DNA of 64,000 nt from Amphiscolops sp. MND2022 (lineage: Eukaryota), in contig OZ076409.1 of assembly GCA_964187785.1 (NCBI GenBank), forward strand, positions 13,084,001 through 13,148,000. Reading direction: 5' to 3'. Under the pieces are notes generated by a model. It was not told where the DNA came from, did no database searches, and worked only from the letters and a program-made list of their open reading frames with translations. A program made the translations under genes and the position numbers. Every line of letters starts with the position of its first letter. Within the stretch, counting starts at the first letter, position 1. Of the stretch, positions 50,001 to 59,601 are shown one piece after another.

Positions 50001-53000
50001 GCGCCGGTGCGATTGGATTTCTACTCAAGTAATCGGTAAGCGCTAGATGTTTTCCGGCGATATGGTTTACATTTATCGTAAAGTGTGCTAATCGGTCCAA
50101 CCAGCGTGTTAGCCGCGCGCTATATGTTTTGTTAGAGCGGTTGCGTTTTATTAACGGTTCAAGGGCTTGGTGGTCCGTCAGGAGTTTGACGGGTTTTCCG
50201 TAGATGTAAAGGCGGAAGTGTTCTAAACCCCAAACAACCGCTAATAATTCCAGCTCGTTTATTGCGTATTTTTTTTCCGTGTCCGATAGAAATCTGCTTG
50301 CGAACGCTATCGGTTTTAAATCTCCATTTTCTTGTTCTTGCCAAAGAGTTGCACCTAGGCCTTTTGTACTGGCGTCTGTTGTTATGGTGTTCGATCGAAT
50401 GGAGCTATAGTGGGCAAGACACGGTATTTCCGTGATTTTGCGTTTTAACTGGTTAAATGCTTCGGAATGTTCCGTTGTCCAGTTCCAATTGTTTTTCTTT
50501 TTCAGTAGCTGTCTCAGTAGGTCCGTTTGTGCTGACAAATTTTCAATGTATTTTGACAAATACTGAATCGCGCCTAAAAAGGATTTTAATTCCTTTTCGT
50601 TTTTTGGTTCTCTCAGTTCTTGTATTGCTTTTAGTTTGTCTTGTAACGGTCTAATACCGTTTTGATCAATTTTATGACCCACCCATTCTATTTCAGATTT
50701 GAAAAATTCTGATTTGTTTTCACTGAGTCTGTAACCTGCGTTTTCTAGTTTAGTTAATACTTCGGTTAACTCACGTTTGTGTTGTTCTTTTGTCCCTTTT
50801 GTGACAATTAATATGTCATCTAGCCACGCCGGGTGTTTGTTCTCCAGTGTTTGGTCGATCTTTTCTTGAAAAATGGTCGGGATGTCCGCCAATCCGTAGA
50901 AACCCTTTAGGAATCTGTAATATCCGGTGAAGTTGCCTCCGGTTATTGCGAATATACACAGATCCTTTGCTAATTTTGATAGCTGCAATTGGCCATAGGC
51001 GTAATCCAGGTCCAGTTTTGATATCCAGATTATATCAGTTTCTCCGTCTGCTATTTTTCTTGATATTCGAGATATCAGCTCCTCCATATTCGGCATTTGT
51101 GCCTTTCTTTTCACGGTTATTTCGTTTAATTTCCGTGAGTCTAGAGCGATTTTGACCGTTTTATCTTTCTTAACGGTTATTACTGCTGGGCTTACAAAGC
51201 AGTTTTCGTCTATGTCGGTTGCTCTTTCTATGTGCCCGTTTTTCTTCAATTTTTCTATTTCTTTACCGACCGCTGGTTGTAAGTGTATCGGTATTGGTCG
51301 GCCTTTCTGTTGTATCAGTTTTGCATCCGGTTTTAGTTGAATATCTACCTCTATTCCCTTTATTGTTTTATTTTCGTGGAACAGGTTATTGAATTTTTTC
51401 TTCAACTCAGTTACGTCCGGATTTTCTTGGATATTTTGTATTTTCAGGTTAGACTTTTCTGTATTCAATTTGATTCCCAATTGATTCATCCAGTCCAGTC
51501 CAAGAAGTGGGTTTGTTCTTTTTGTTGTTATTAGTAATTCCAGGTTTTTTGTTTCTCCGTTGATCTCTACTTTTGCCGTTGTTTTTCCTTCGAACTTTAT
51601 TTTATTGTTGTTGACGTCTCTATACTCCGTGTGTAGAGAATATATAGGTGTTATATGGTTGAATAATTGTTTTGGTACCAGTGTGACCGGTGATCCGCTA
51701 TCAATTATGAATTTGATTGGTCGGTTATTAACCAATGCCGTCATGGTGAAGAATGGTTGTCCGTCTTTGGTGTTTTGTTTTGTTGAATGGACCATTCTTG
51801 TGATGAGGTGTATTCTGTTTGGTGACCATTCATCTTCTTCTGCGCTGGATGCTTCCGATTCCGGTTGGATGTGTTTTATTCTTCGGTCTGTCTTTTGTTT
51901 AGTTCTACACAGTTTCGCGTAGTGACCGATTTTTCCACAGTTTAGGCATTTCTTTGTTTTTGCCGGGCAGTCGTGGGATTTGCTCCAGTTTGGTGCGCCG
52001 CATCTAATACAGTCAACTTTTCTGAATTTGTTCGGTTTCTCTTTTTCCAATTTTTGGTAGTTTCTTTTTCTCTCTACGTGTTTAATTTTTGTTTCTTCTT
52101 CTGAGTCTCGTGATTCGTTCATTTTTTCGTACATGTATTCGTGGATTGTGTCGGTAATGGTTTCCACCGACATATCTCCTTTTTTGATTTTCTTTTTTAG
52201 ATCGTTGTCTCCAGTTGTTTTTCCAATGACTGAGAGGAATTTTGAGGCCAATAATTCTGCTGCTGTTATTTCTTCGAATTCGCAGTTTTTTTCTATTTCC
52301 AGGATTCGTTTCCAGGTTTCGGCTGCCGATTCTCCCGGTTCTCTTTTTAGATTGAAGAAGTCGGCCCTGCTATGGTGTTTGTTCCGTTCGGGTATAAAAT
52401 GTAATCTGAACAGTGCATATAGACGGTACAATGGTAAAGAGGTTGGTTCTCTTTCTCTTACCGTCTTTGTCATTTCTGTTAGTGCTGACTGTCCGATTGC
52501 CCAGATGAAGACATCTTTTATTTCCTCTTCTAATTGGTCCCTATATTGTGGCAATACTTCTTTGGAGTTTGTCATCTTTGATAGGTCCAATTCGCGAGTC
52601 ATTTTTATATATTGGATAAATTTCCTCCACCAGAGCTTTGCACTGGTGTGGTCATTTTTTTCCAAGATCGGTATGGGTAACTTCTGGGTAGTCGTCCGTT
52701 CAACCGATCGTGCAGTGGTATTGTTTGGTAGCGAGCGGCTGCTCGTTTCTCCCATGGAATTATTTGGTTCGTCTTCCATTGTATTGTAGTTTTCTTCTGA
52801 TATTTCAGAATGCTGTCTGCGCCATATTGTATTCTATGAGAATATCTCAATTCAAAACGTATGTAAAATAACAATGTTTTCTCTGGATCGAAACGTACTA
52901 TAATGAGGTCAAACTTTAGTTATCAACTAAATGTTTGTAGGTAAATACAAACTCAAAATGGCAACAGTTGTTTATCAACAGTTCTCAATTTCTCTATTCT

Positions 53001-53003
53001 TCA
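47064..53003 (-). mobile_element. Intact-looking Ty3/Gypsy (Mag-like) LTR retrotransposon nested in giant element
   Basis: LTRs 47064-47237 and 52825-53003; perfect TSD GGTAT; PBS TGGCGCAGACAGCA (tRNA-Ser-like 3' complement); PPT AGAGGGGGAAA. Confidence 0.96.
47209..52779 (-). CDS. Single-ORF Gag-Pol polyprotein (1856 aa)
   Basis: Two Zn knuckles (CIRC..H.C, CLNCGKIGHYAKLC), PR FIIDSGS, RT KLDLDYAY / WLDDIL, RH TDAS..ELE..TDH, IN HHCC + D-D-E (LDFIG, RTDKA, AERG); no internal stop. Confidence 0.95.
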   Translation of the reverse strand: MEDEPNNSMGETSSRSLPNNTTARSVERTTTQKLPIPILEKNDHTSAKLWWRKFIQYIKMTRELDLSKMTNSKEVLPQYRDQLEEEIKDVFIWAIGQSALTEMTKTVREREPTSLPLYRLYALFRLHFIPERNKHHSRADFFNLKREPGESAAETWKRILEIEKNCEFEEITAAELLASKFLSVIGKTTGDNDLKKKIKKGDMSVETITDTIHEYMYEKMNESRDSEEETKIKHVERKRNYQKLEKEKPNKFRKVDCIRCGAPNWSKSHDCPAKTKKCLNCGKIGHYAKLCRTKQKTDRRIKHIQPESEASSAEEDEWSPNRIHLITRMVHSTKQNTKDGQPFFTMTALVNNRPIKFIIDSGSPVTLVPKQLFNHITPIYSLHTEYRDVNNNKIKFEGKTTAKVEINGETKNLELLITTKRTNPLLGLDWMNQLGIKLNTEKSNLKIQNIQENPDVTELKKKFNNLFHENKTIKGIEVDIQLKPDAKLIQQKGRPIPIHLQPAVGKEIEKLKKNGHIERATDIDENCFVSPAVITVKKDKTVKIALDSRKLNEITVKRKAQMPNMEELISRISRKIADGETDIIWISKLDLDYAYGQLQLSKLAKDLCIFAITGGNFTGYYRFLKGFYGLADIPTIFQEKIDQTLENKHPAWLDDILIVTKGTKEQHKRELTEVLTKLENAGYRLSENKSEFFKSEIEWVGHKIDQNGIRPLQDKLKAIQELREPKNEKELKSFLGAIQYLSKYIENLSAQTDLLRQLLKKKNNWNWTTEHSEAFNQLKRKITEIPCLAHYSSIRSNTITTDASTKGLGATLWQEQENGDLKPIAFASRFLSDTEKKYAINELELLAVVWGLEHFRLYIYGKPVKLLTDHQALEPLIKRNRSNKTYSARLTRWLDRLAHFTINVNHIAGKHLALTDYLSRNPIAPAQSDDVYEEEYVINSIAPHYGFVSKLGCLNNHFNQSQSANSIANSTKANKHRSSNNTREQTAIHSLINTPNSNVNSPIMDAKTIDNLERIDSSQETINLIERWRNIVKPGIYRLSNGKWKKYHEPKFLRGERKIIEERLTEIINRLESPAIEVTNPQNQTNYFPDWQFKETRNLQGGFIPQDYQSTSQEHPTTSQTPDETPMEEGEISSDSEMAPSVLEVPTINWANYLGVKSVQYIKMGQAPRIQALEPNNWDHENTVRETEKEFATDLQLLMTETTNDPKLLKTLVCLERKQYDNIPEEYNQYKRKLSTRYGLVFFEERKIVPTNLRTTVVTLLHKGHPAINKMTMAAKHFWWPKISEAIQRKCDSCIPCKLSGKNLKPNIPKTEQNCLPPLSAPNEEIQLDFIGPITEENRKFYILLSMDRFSKWPAASLCKSTDGKTAVTFLQQYIQLNGIPKTIRTDKASAFTGHCFREFCKKNFISLIYGTPYIHTPTGLAERGVRTLKENLLTNIKAGEPFGKALDLSLGVMRTTPHTRLRKSAFELHFGREPNTELSNMLKLKEIEKLTNNHSISAKPETLQVYTFSGEGGSSDHLPMKQKRKSTKTVSKYPFQFFEWKNTKSKFESPYSDQLQTAVKGTNHTITTAENKIIHRKLISKPITPFEQENSNRGTGPRGPDGRFSRKEDKPPTTPELSQSQEEQLDTSPETPNIRKSGTFGRGKPRFIRNRETSTSPEKQQGRNNNKPMGPLTINAEQMSESDIDHVINDTQQSGQDLHMKDINGKVFNTIDSDLELASNLSSSTEIDKELENTQETNLRRSKRLTKTNPIIRLNNPVNQSDYRKHRKTTKPVTTTGDNRRNARAGRRGQPVDRSQPQMFQSTESNHANHGHPDPKPRRGRHTDHNTNLDGNGNQTDNSHPITEGEMKNREIENC

Positions 53004-53117
53004 GGTATCTAGAACAAACTCATATCCCGGAAGAAAACTATGCGCAGCGAGTTCGGAGGAGGAATGCTTTCTTAGCAGGTATGAGAGCCGGAAGCGTGGT
53101 TTTAGTCCCAGGGGGAG

Positions 53118-54756
53118 TGTCGCAGGCTACCGCCTGCGACGGGATTCTCTAGCAAATCCCCGCCGGAAATAATGCACCAAATCCGCCCCCAGAAGTACTA
53201 CCAATCAGACCAAAAAAGACTCAGTGACCAAAAGACATCAGCGACTCAACACATAACGAGAATGTAGTTAATATTACCATATGAGACCGAAGGTCGATCT
53301 GTCCACAATAAACTTATTAAGCCTAAACTCATTCTTATGCGGCTATTAACTGTCAATTAGAATATTATTTTCATATGTTCAGTGTTTGTGTTACTTGAAA
53401 TTAATAGTTGATAAATGTACCATAACAATGGAAAATTAAGTAAATTAGAGCTGTAAAAGTGATGCGTTTGAACAAGCAATTATAAGTAGCAAAGGAAACG
53501 AGTTCAAATACTTGTTCGTTTGCCAAATTGTACACGCAGTCCAATACTCATATAGCCAATCACATCGCAGCGCTATATTAGCTGTAGCCGTTTGGACCTT
53601 GAGTCCACCATGGTGTTATTTATTCATATTACTTCTGACGTCACTGTGCTGTAGCTATGCGGACTCTAAGTCCACTGTGGTGTTATTTACACATTTAGCC
53701 GAATATTATGAATATCTTGTAGCTGTGACAATTTTCCAATGCACATGTAAATAGTATTTGACGCTTGCTAGCCAGCCTAGTAGTTTAACACTAAATACCC
53801 CTTGCTTTGTTAAGGTTGCTGCTATTTATGGTGAACATGAAATGATGCAATAAAGATGTCATTCTCTCAGGGCTATTTTTAGTCGCCCCTGAGTCTAAAT
53901 TTAGACCGATGACCTGAAAAATTATGCTAGTCAAGTAGTGTAAAGTACAAATAGTAGGGACTACGGGTCCCGAGGGATCATTCGACTGATTATCAAATAC
54001 CTGCCATTACGCTCACAATCACAAACTTTGACGAGATTCATTTGTACTTTTGATTAGTTAAAACCAGTTAGAATACCTGCCATTCAGTCAATACCTTGTT
54101 GAACTAATTGAATCTTCAATGCCTTAGAAAGCAAAAGGCTAAAGAACGGCGGTCTAGACAATTGGACATGATGTCAGACGTGGAAAATGTTGACATAATG
54201 CTAGGAAGTTATTCTAGAGATGATGAAGAAAACGTAGCTAGTGAAAATGAAGTGAATTTGGACTCAGGGTCCAGTCGGCCACAACGGAGTTCAAATGTGA
54301 AGGAAGAGGATTTTAGATCTTCACTAAAAATAAATAGTAGGGAAAACAGTGAAATCACGATTGAGACCACTAGGATGATTAGTGAAGAAATTTCTAATCA
54401 AATGTCGAGAAAACTGAGTGAAATCAAAAACAGTTTGAATTTTCAAATACAGGATGCAATTAGCAATGCAATCACTGAAAAGATACTTCCCTCTATCCAA
54501 AATACGCTAGAGACACGGGGGAAAGGAAATCACACCTTGGCGGACCAAGCGGCCAATGGGCTACAAGATAGCTCAAGGGCAACTAATTTCACCACAGGGG
54601 ACCGAGGGTCCGGTGGGCTACAACGGAACTACGAAGTAGAAAATGCACAGAAAACTTGGAGAAATTGTCCCAGAAAATGTTTTATGCAAGAAAACAGTAG
54701 ACATATGTCCCGACAGAGTTCAATGGACTCTACTAGTAGCGAACAAAATCACGACA
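53118..54756 (+). repeat. 3' LTR (1639 bp) of giant element
   Basis: Direct repeat of 32359-34003. Confidence 0.95.
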
Positions 54757-55638
54757 GTTTGGTACGCGCAAAAAGAGGAAAAACATTTTTTGGTTCTGTT
54801 CGCTAGGCCGAATGATTGAATTTGGGACCATAGTTGCGTTTCACTTCATGAAGCGCCGACTAAAAACAAAACGAAAACTATTCGGACCTGTTGAAAAACG
54901 CCGAAACTTTCAATAACAAACAGAACAGATGGTAAAGGATAGGAGCGCATGTCCCTTGTTGGCTGATTCAGAAACGCACTGTACAGTTAATCTGAGCTGC
55001 TCTTCGTTTTTCGAACTGAAAGGTAAAATTGACATAAGTTGGCATTTTAGGGTTGGGTATATACTGTTTGTTTGACGCTATCGCATTCTCAGTCCAGATT
55101 CCTTGGACTTTTTACATGCTGCATGGGAACATGCAGGCTAATTTTGTTTACAAAACATGGAAAACTCCGGAGCCTTCATGGAAACATTTTGTAGGATTAC
55201 AATGCAACCTCCCTCGACTATTTGAATTAAAATGGAAAACATTTACACTTCTTAAACCGCTACGATCACTTTGTTTTCACGCGTAAGTTTTTCAAGTAAG
55301 TTCCTTATGTAATCACCGTTAGTCAGATAGCACGCTGAATATGGGAATAGCACGCGTAAAAACTTCAAGCAGTTCAAACCAATGATCACTACATACACAC
55401 AAGTACTTACATACACCATCAATGTCACAACATGGCCGAGCAAAAATTGTACTATCTATAGTAATGTTTTTAAAAATGCGGTTGAAAATGTTTTTTGGTT
55501 AAAAAAAATTACGGCTTCTCGCAGCGAGAAGACAGTCCGTGTTATTGTAAGTCATTGCTGTAGTCATTCATATATCTATTTTTAGATGTTTTTACTTTTA
55601 CTGGATCAAAATCTAAGAGTCCATGTCATTTAGGATGG

Positions 55639-56947
55639 TTTTTAGTCGGCGCTTCATGAAGTGAAACGCGATTATACTAGTTACTCTTATTTTTCAATCC
55701 ATACGAACCGACCAAAGTAGTTCTACATAGTTCTACGAACTTTAAGGTGTCAAATTGGATCATTTGGCACAAGAGAACTAAAGGGGCGAGACTAAAAGGT
55801 CCCCTTCCAGTTTTGTTCCTACATTGTGAGACTTTTTTCGATTTTTTTTTCTCCAAAGGGTCCTCCTTCAACTTTTTTACACTTTCGATAAGCAAGTGTT
55901 ATGGGAAAGTGCGGGTGCTTTCTTTTCCGCGCAACAACTCTCTCGTTTCAGCTCTCAAGTCGCATAGTTCAGGCGTTCGTGGTCTAGTGGTAAGATGCTT
56001 GCTTTTCAACCCAGTAGTTTCATGTTCGAACCCGTGCGTATGCGCTAATTTTTTTTCAAGTATTCCGAAGTAGAAGGTTCTCACGTTTTCGGCACTATGA
56101 GACTCTCCGCCTTTTTCGGCTCTGTGCGACTATTTTTCCGAAAATTTTTCAATGTCCCCAAATGGCCCTTCCAATTTTTTTTGATATTTCGCAACAGAAT
56201 GAATGTTAAAAAATCCCAAAGGGCCCTTTTACAGTTTCCGCCATTGTGAGATTTTTCAAAAGGAATAATTTTTGTCTTAAAATTATGTTTTCTTAGGCAC
56301 AGCACGCTTTATCCGATTTTTGTTTTCTTTTCAAAGACCGGTGTTTTTTCTATGAGACTTTTTGAAAAAATGTTCATTGAAGCCCCCCCCTCAATTTTCA
56401 CTAGAAACGAAACGTTTTGCGAGCATGAAGGACTGCTCAAGGTTTTCGGCACTATGCGACTTACCGGAGACCGTCATCAAAAAAATCTTTTGAAAAGTTT
56501 CAAACCAAAAAAAAATTCTCAACTTTTTGTTTCTTTGAAAGTTTTCGGTTGAGAAAGATGAGATCCGATGGTTTTTTTGCTGTTTCCAGTTGGGGAAGAA
56601 TGGTTTTCGAGATTCATGCGTATCCCTTCGAGTGTTTTTGGCGCTGTAAAATTGATGAAATTTTATCAATTTAGTCCTTTTACCCTTGGTTCTCCATATG
56701 ATACTGCTTATTTGGTTTTCTCTTCGAACGTTCGCAAGTGTTTGCGAAGCAGAGTTCCGCCTCTGTGTTGATATTTGCGACAGAATGGATGTCAAAAAAT
56801 CCGAAACTGTGCCCCTTTTAGCGCGCCAATTCGGGCCAATTTTTTGGTTTTTCGGGTACTGTAAAAGAGAATACTTGACACTTTGAAGTCTTTGTGCTTA
56901 TTTTGAGCCTTAGAGATGGTGCCGACTTGGGCCGTTCTCGGCTTGTT
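55639..56947 (+). mobile_element. HINE-like element with tRNA-like module
   Basis: TTTTTAGTCGGCGC start; GTGCCGACTTGGGCCGTTCTCGGCTTGTT end. Confidence 0.65.
55973..56044 (+). pseudogene. tRNA-derived sequence (Glu/Gly-like), degenerate
   Basis: 72 nt; acceptor GCGTTCG / CGTATGC, A box TGGTCTAGTGG, B box GTTCGAACCC, downstream T-run; anticodon stem poorly paired. Confidence 0.6.
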
Positions 56948-57787
56948 ACTTCTTAATGCCGATATGGTCTCAACAGAACACCATTTTGATACAGACAATC
57001 GCTGTTTTTGACAGCATGAAATCAAGTCATCAAATCAACAGCGAATAGGCGAGTTCAAATTAGCTGCAAAATATGAGTCAAGAAGCTTTACTATCAGCAT
57101 TCTTTACCAATAATTTGTGTAATTAAACAAATTCAAGCGACAGAATGGCATCAATTGTTTTCTGTCCTTTTTGAAAAGCATTTTTTCATGACAAGCTTAT
57201 TAACTAATCACTTTGCAGACGCTTTTCAGTTTTGATTGTTCGATTGATTCTGTTTGCTAAACTGAGTTAACCATCTTGAATAACACAATAAAGTAGTTTG
57301 AATTGATCCAACCGAAAGCCGATCATAAATTAAAACATTTTTTGCGCCTTGAAAATAAGTCAAGACTAGATCTTCACCTAATTTATCAATCTGCAAACAC
57401 GCACGCAGTGTTTACAATATCACTTAGTTCAAAAAGTTTTTACACCTGAATATGTTACCTCTTCTCGAATAGTTAGTTTGTTTATTACCTTGTGTTTTTT
57501 TTCCAGAACACTAATTCATTTTGTTTTGTGATCAGCTAATGAAGTCATCTCATTTCATTCATTCCCTGCGTTCTTTGAATTTCTAATTGAAAAGTATTAA
57601 AAGTCGTGGTTTGTTTTCAAAAATTGCTATTTCCAAATTCATACACAAATGTTAGAGTTTTGTCAACAGAAGTCAATTACCATAAACTTATGTATTTGTA
57701 CAAAACGATACGGTTTTACTGGAGATTTTTGGGACTTGTTTAGTTATGACCCAAAAAGAGTCAAAAATTTATAAACTTTAAAAATTT

Positions 57788-57832
57788 AGAACCGAAACCA
57801 CCAGAACCGAAACCACCAGAACCGAAACCACC
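57788..57832. repeat. 15-bp tandem repeat x3
   Basis: AGAACCGAAACCACC x3, perfect. Confidence 0.9.
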
Positions 57833-58738
57833 AGCTATCAGACCGCTTTTGAAAAGAGAAATCTAAAGTATCCGACAAACACCAAAAATTTACTCGGGAA
57901 AAAGTACCATTTTTCGGCAAACGTTGTACGATGATTTCGGTTCAGTGATTTAAAAAGTCGAAGATTCCAAAGACAAAACACTTATCTTTTCGGCATACAT
58001 TCCATAAACATGTTGACGAAAATGTCAAGTCTGCAAGAATAATCGAAAGGGTTTTTTTTCTGATAAGTAGGTCTTGAAATATTGCGTAATAAAGTTCGAA
58101 AAAACCCAAAAGCCCTCAAAATATAACGTGATATAACCTTCAAAATATTTTGATTAGACATCGAAACAAAAAATACCGTTTCGATTCTGAGACTTTTGCT
58201 GCTGAGATTTTTCTTGTAAAATGAATATTATAAAAAATACGGCGCTTTGAAAAGTCTAATCGACATACTCAATTTTTTGATACCCTAGGCTAACAAATAA
58301 GTCCCGTGATGAAAAAAAGGAATCTTCATTTGATGCGAAGGTTTTGAGCTCTATGTTTTGTAAAAATCTCTAATTTTCTTTAATTTTATTGAAACAATTT
58401 TGATAAAAAAACTCCATTTTTTATTTGGTTTACAATCGTGTTTACTTGAAATGTCTTTTTCCATGTTATGTTTTGCAGATACCGCACCCTCTCGCATCGA
58501 TGAAATGTTTCAAATTTTTGAGCATCAATTTTGAATAAGACACTCAATGAGCATCGACATTTTTTTCCGTCAAATTGATTTCAGCGACAACAATGTTTTG
58601 CTAGATAACAGACGCGACACTGCGAAAATTTTGACACTTTTTTGGAAAAGAAGAGAGGAAAGAAGTTGATTTTCTCAATTGCGCTGGGTGGATACCGAAT
58701 AAGTTCTGTTTTTCTAAGTCGACGCCATTTTTTGATCT

Positions 58739-59018
58739 CCTTATAGGAAGCTATGGTGTCATGTTTCCAGCCAAGTGGTCAAGCTGTGGTTTCATAGTAA
58801 CCTGCTCAAGGTCACAAAGGTCTAACTGTTAACCCTTGCTTACTTTGTCTTTTCCTTTGCTCCACCAAATGCGTTATTTTTTGTCATTGACCATACCACT
58901 AAGCTAGTGATGAAGGACTTGCTGAAAGCCCGAAATTGGTGAGTTGATAGAGATTTTAATTTGATACCAACCTATTACAGGCCGAATGCTCTAAACACTA
59001 CACTATGCTTCCCATAGG
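58739..59018. mobile_element. Possible MITE
   Basis: Imperfect terminal inverted repeat CCTTATAGGAAGCTATGGTG / CACTATGCTTCCCATAGG. Confidence 0.4.
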
Positions 59019-59244
59019 TCTCTGAGTTCATATCAGGGTCATTTGAAAAAGTATGATAAGTAGCTAATTGTTCTGTTTTCGAAGTCTATGGATATACATA
59101 TCCACGAAAACTTTCGAAAATGTTGTATTAAACTTGCTTGAAAGGGTCAAAAGTCTGAAACTCTTTGCGTTTTTGGGGCATTTCGTAGCTTTTTGGGGCA
59201 CTTTCATTTCAGTCACTTCTTTCAAAAATACATAAAATACGGGC

Positions 59245-59601
59245 CAGGTTTTGGCATCGCTAAATTTTTTTTTCGCTAATCGCTAAACCGTTAACTTCAA
59301 AATCGCTATTTCGCTGAAAAACTTTTCTGCAAACTTTTGAATGTTTAACTTCAAGTAATATTTAAAATGACTCAATTCAGTTTTTGCGAGAAAAAGACTA
59401 AAATTTTTCATACTGTGTGAGTTTTACGCAGGTAAGAGTTTGAATTTTTCAAAATCCATTTGAAACAGTGTATACTCAGAAGAAATTTCGAATTTGGACA
59501 ATCTATCAGTTGCCGCTAATTTGAATCGCTAATAGAATCGCTGAAAAAGTTCTGCGCAGCGCTAATTCGATAAATCACTAATTAGCGGTGTCAAAACTCT
59601 G
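59245..59601. mobile_element. hAT-type MITE family A
   Basis: Ends CAGGTTTTGGCA / TGTCAAAACTCTG; TSD atacgggc / ctacgggc (7/8). Confidence 0.8.

Larger units (their letters stand above)
46432..53151 (+). pseudogene. Extra 3' sense ORF of giant element (46432-47063 + 53009-53151), interrupted by nested Gypsy
   Basis: MSLQSDVEEF...GDCAVCGNSF...EITLGY | LEQTHIPEE...GGVSQATACDGIL; frame rejoins after removing the nested element and one TSD. Confidence 0.65.
32359..54756 (+). mobile_element. Giant Ty3/Gypsy LTR retrotransposon, decayed, with extra genes and nested insertions
   Basis: LTRs 32359-34003 and 53118-54756 (TGTCG...CGACA); TSD GTATG / GTTTG; PBS TGGTGACAG at 34004; PPT AGGGGGAG before 53118; PR-RT-RH-IN order. 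Confidence 0.93.
31989..54866 (-). mobile_element. HINE-like element split by the giant LTR element (pieces 31989-32358 and 54757-54866)
   Basis: Degenerate hairpin end AACAATCCGGGAACGCC..AGTCGCCC at left; GCGCCGACTAAAAA at 54853-54866; sequence reads on across the LTR insertion site. Confidence 0.6.

Noticed and set aside
52133..52789. 218-aa plus ORF and other ORFs antisense to gag-pol or GAS8
   Set aside because: Shadow frames of the real coding strand; Ser/Phe-rich and without independent features.
46432..53151. env gene / endogenous retrovirus
   Set aside because: No signal peptide, furin site plus fusion peptide, or transmembrane anchor visible; short and acidic.
55973..56044. Functional tRNA gene
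   Set aside because: Anticodon stem barely pairs, T-stem lacks a base, and it lies inside a repeat.
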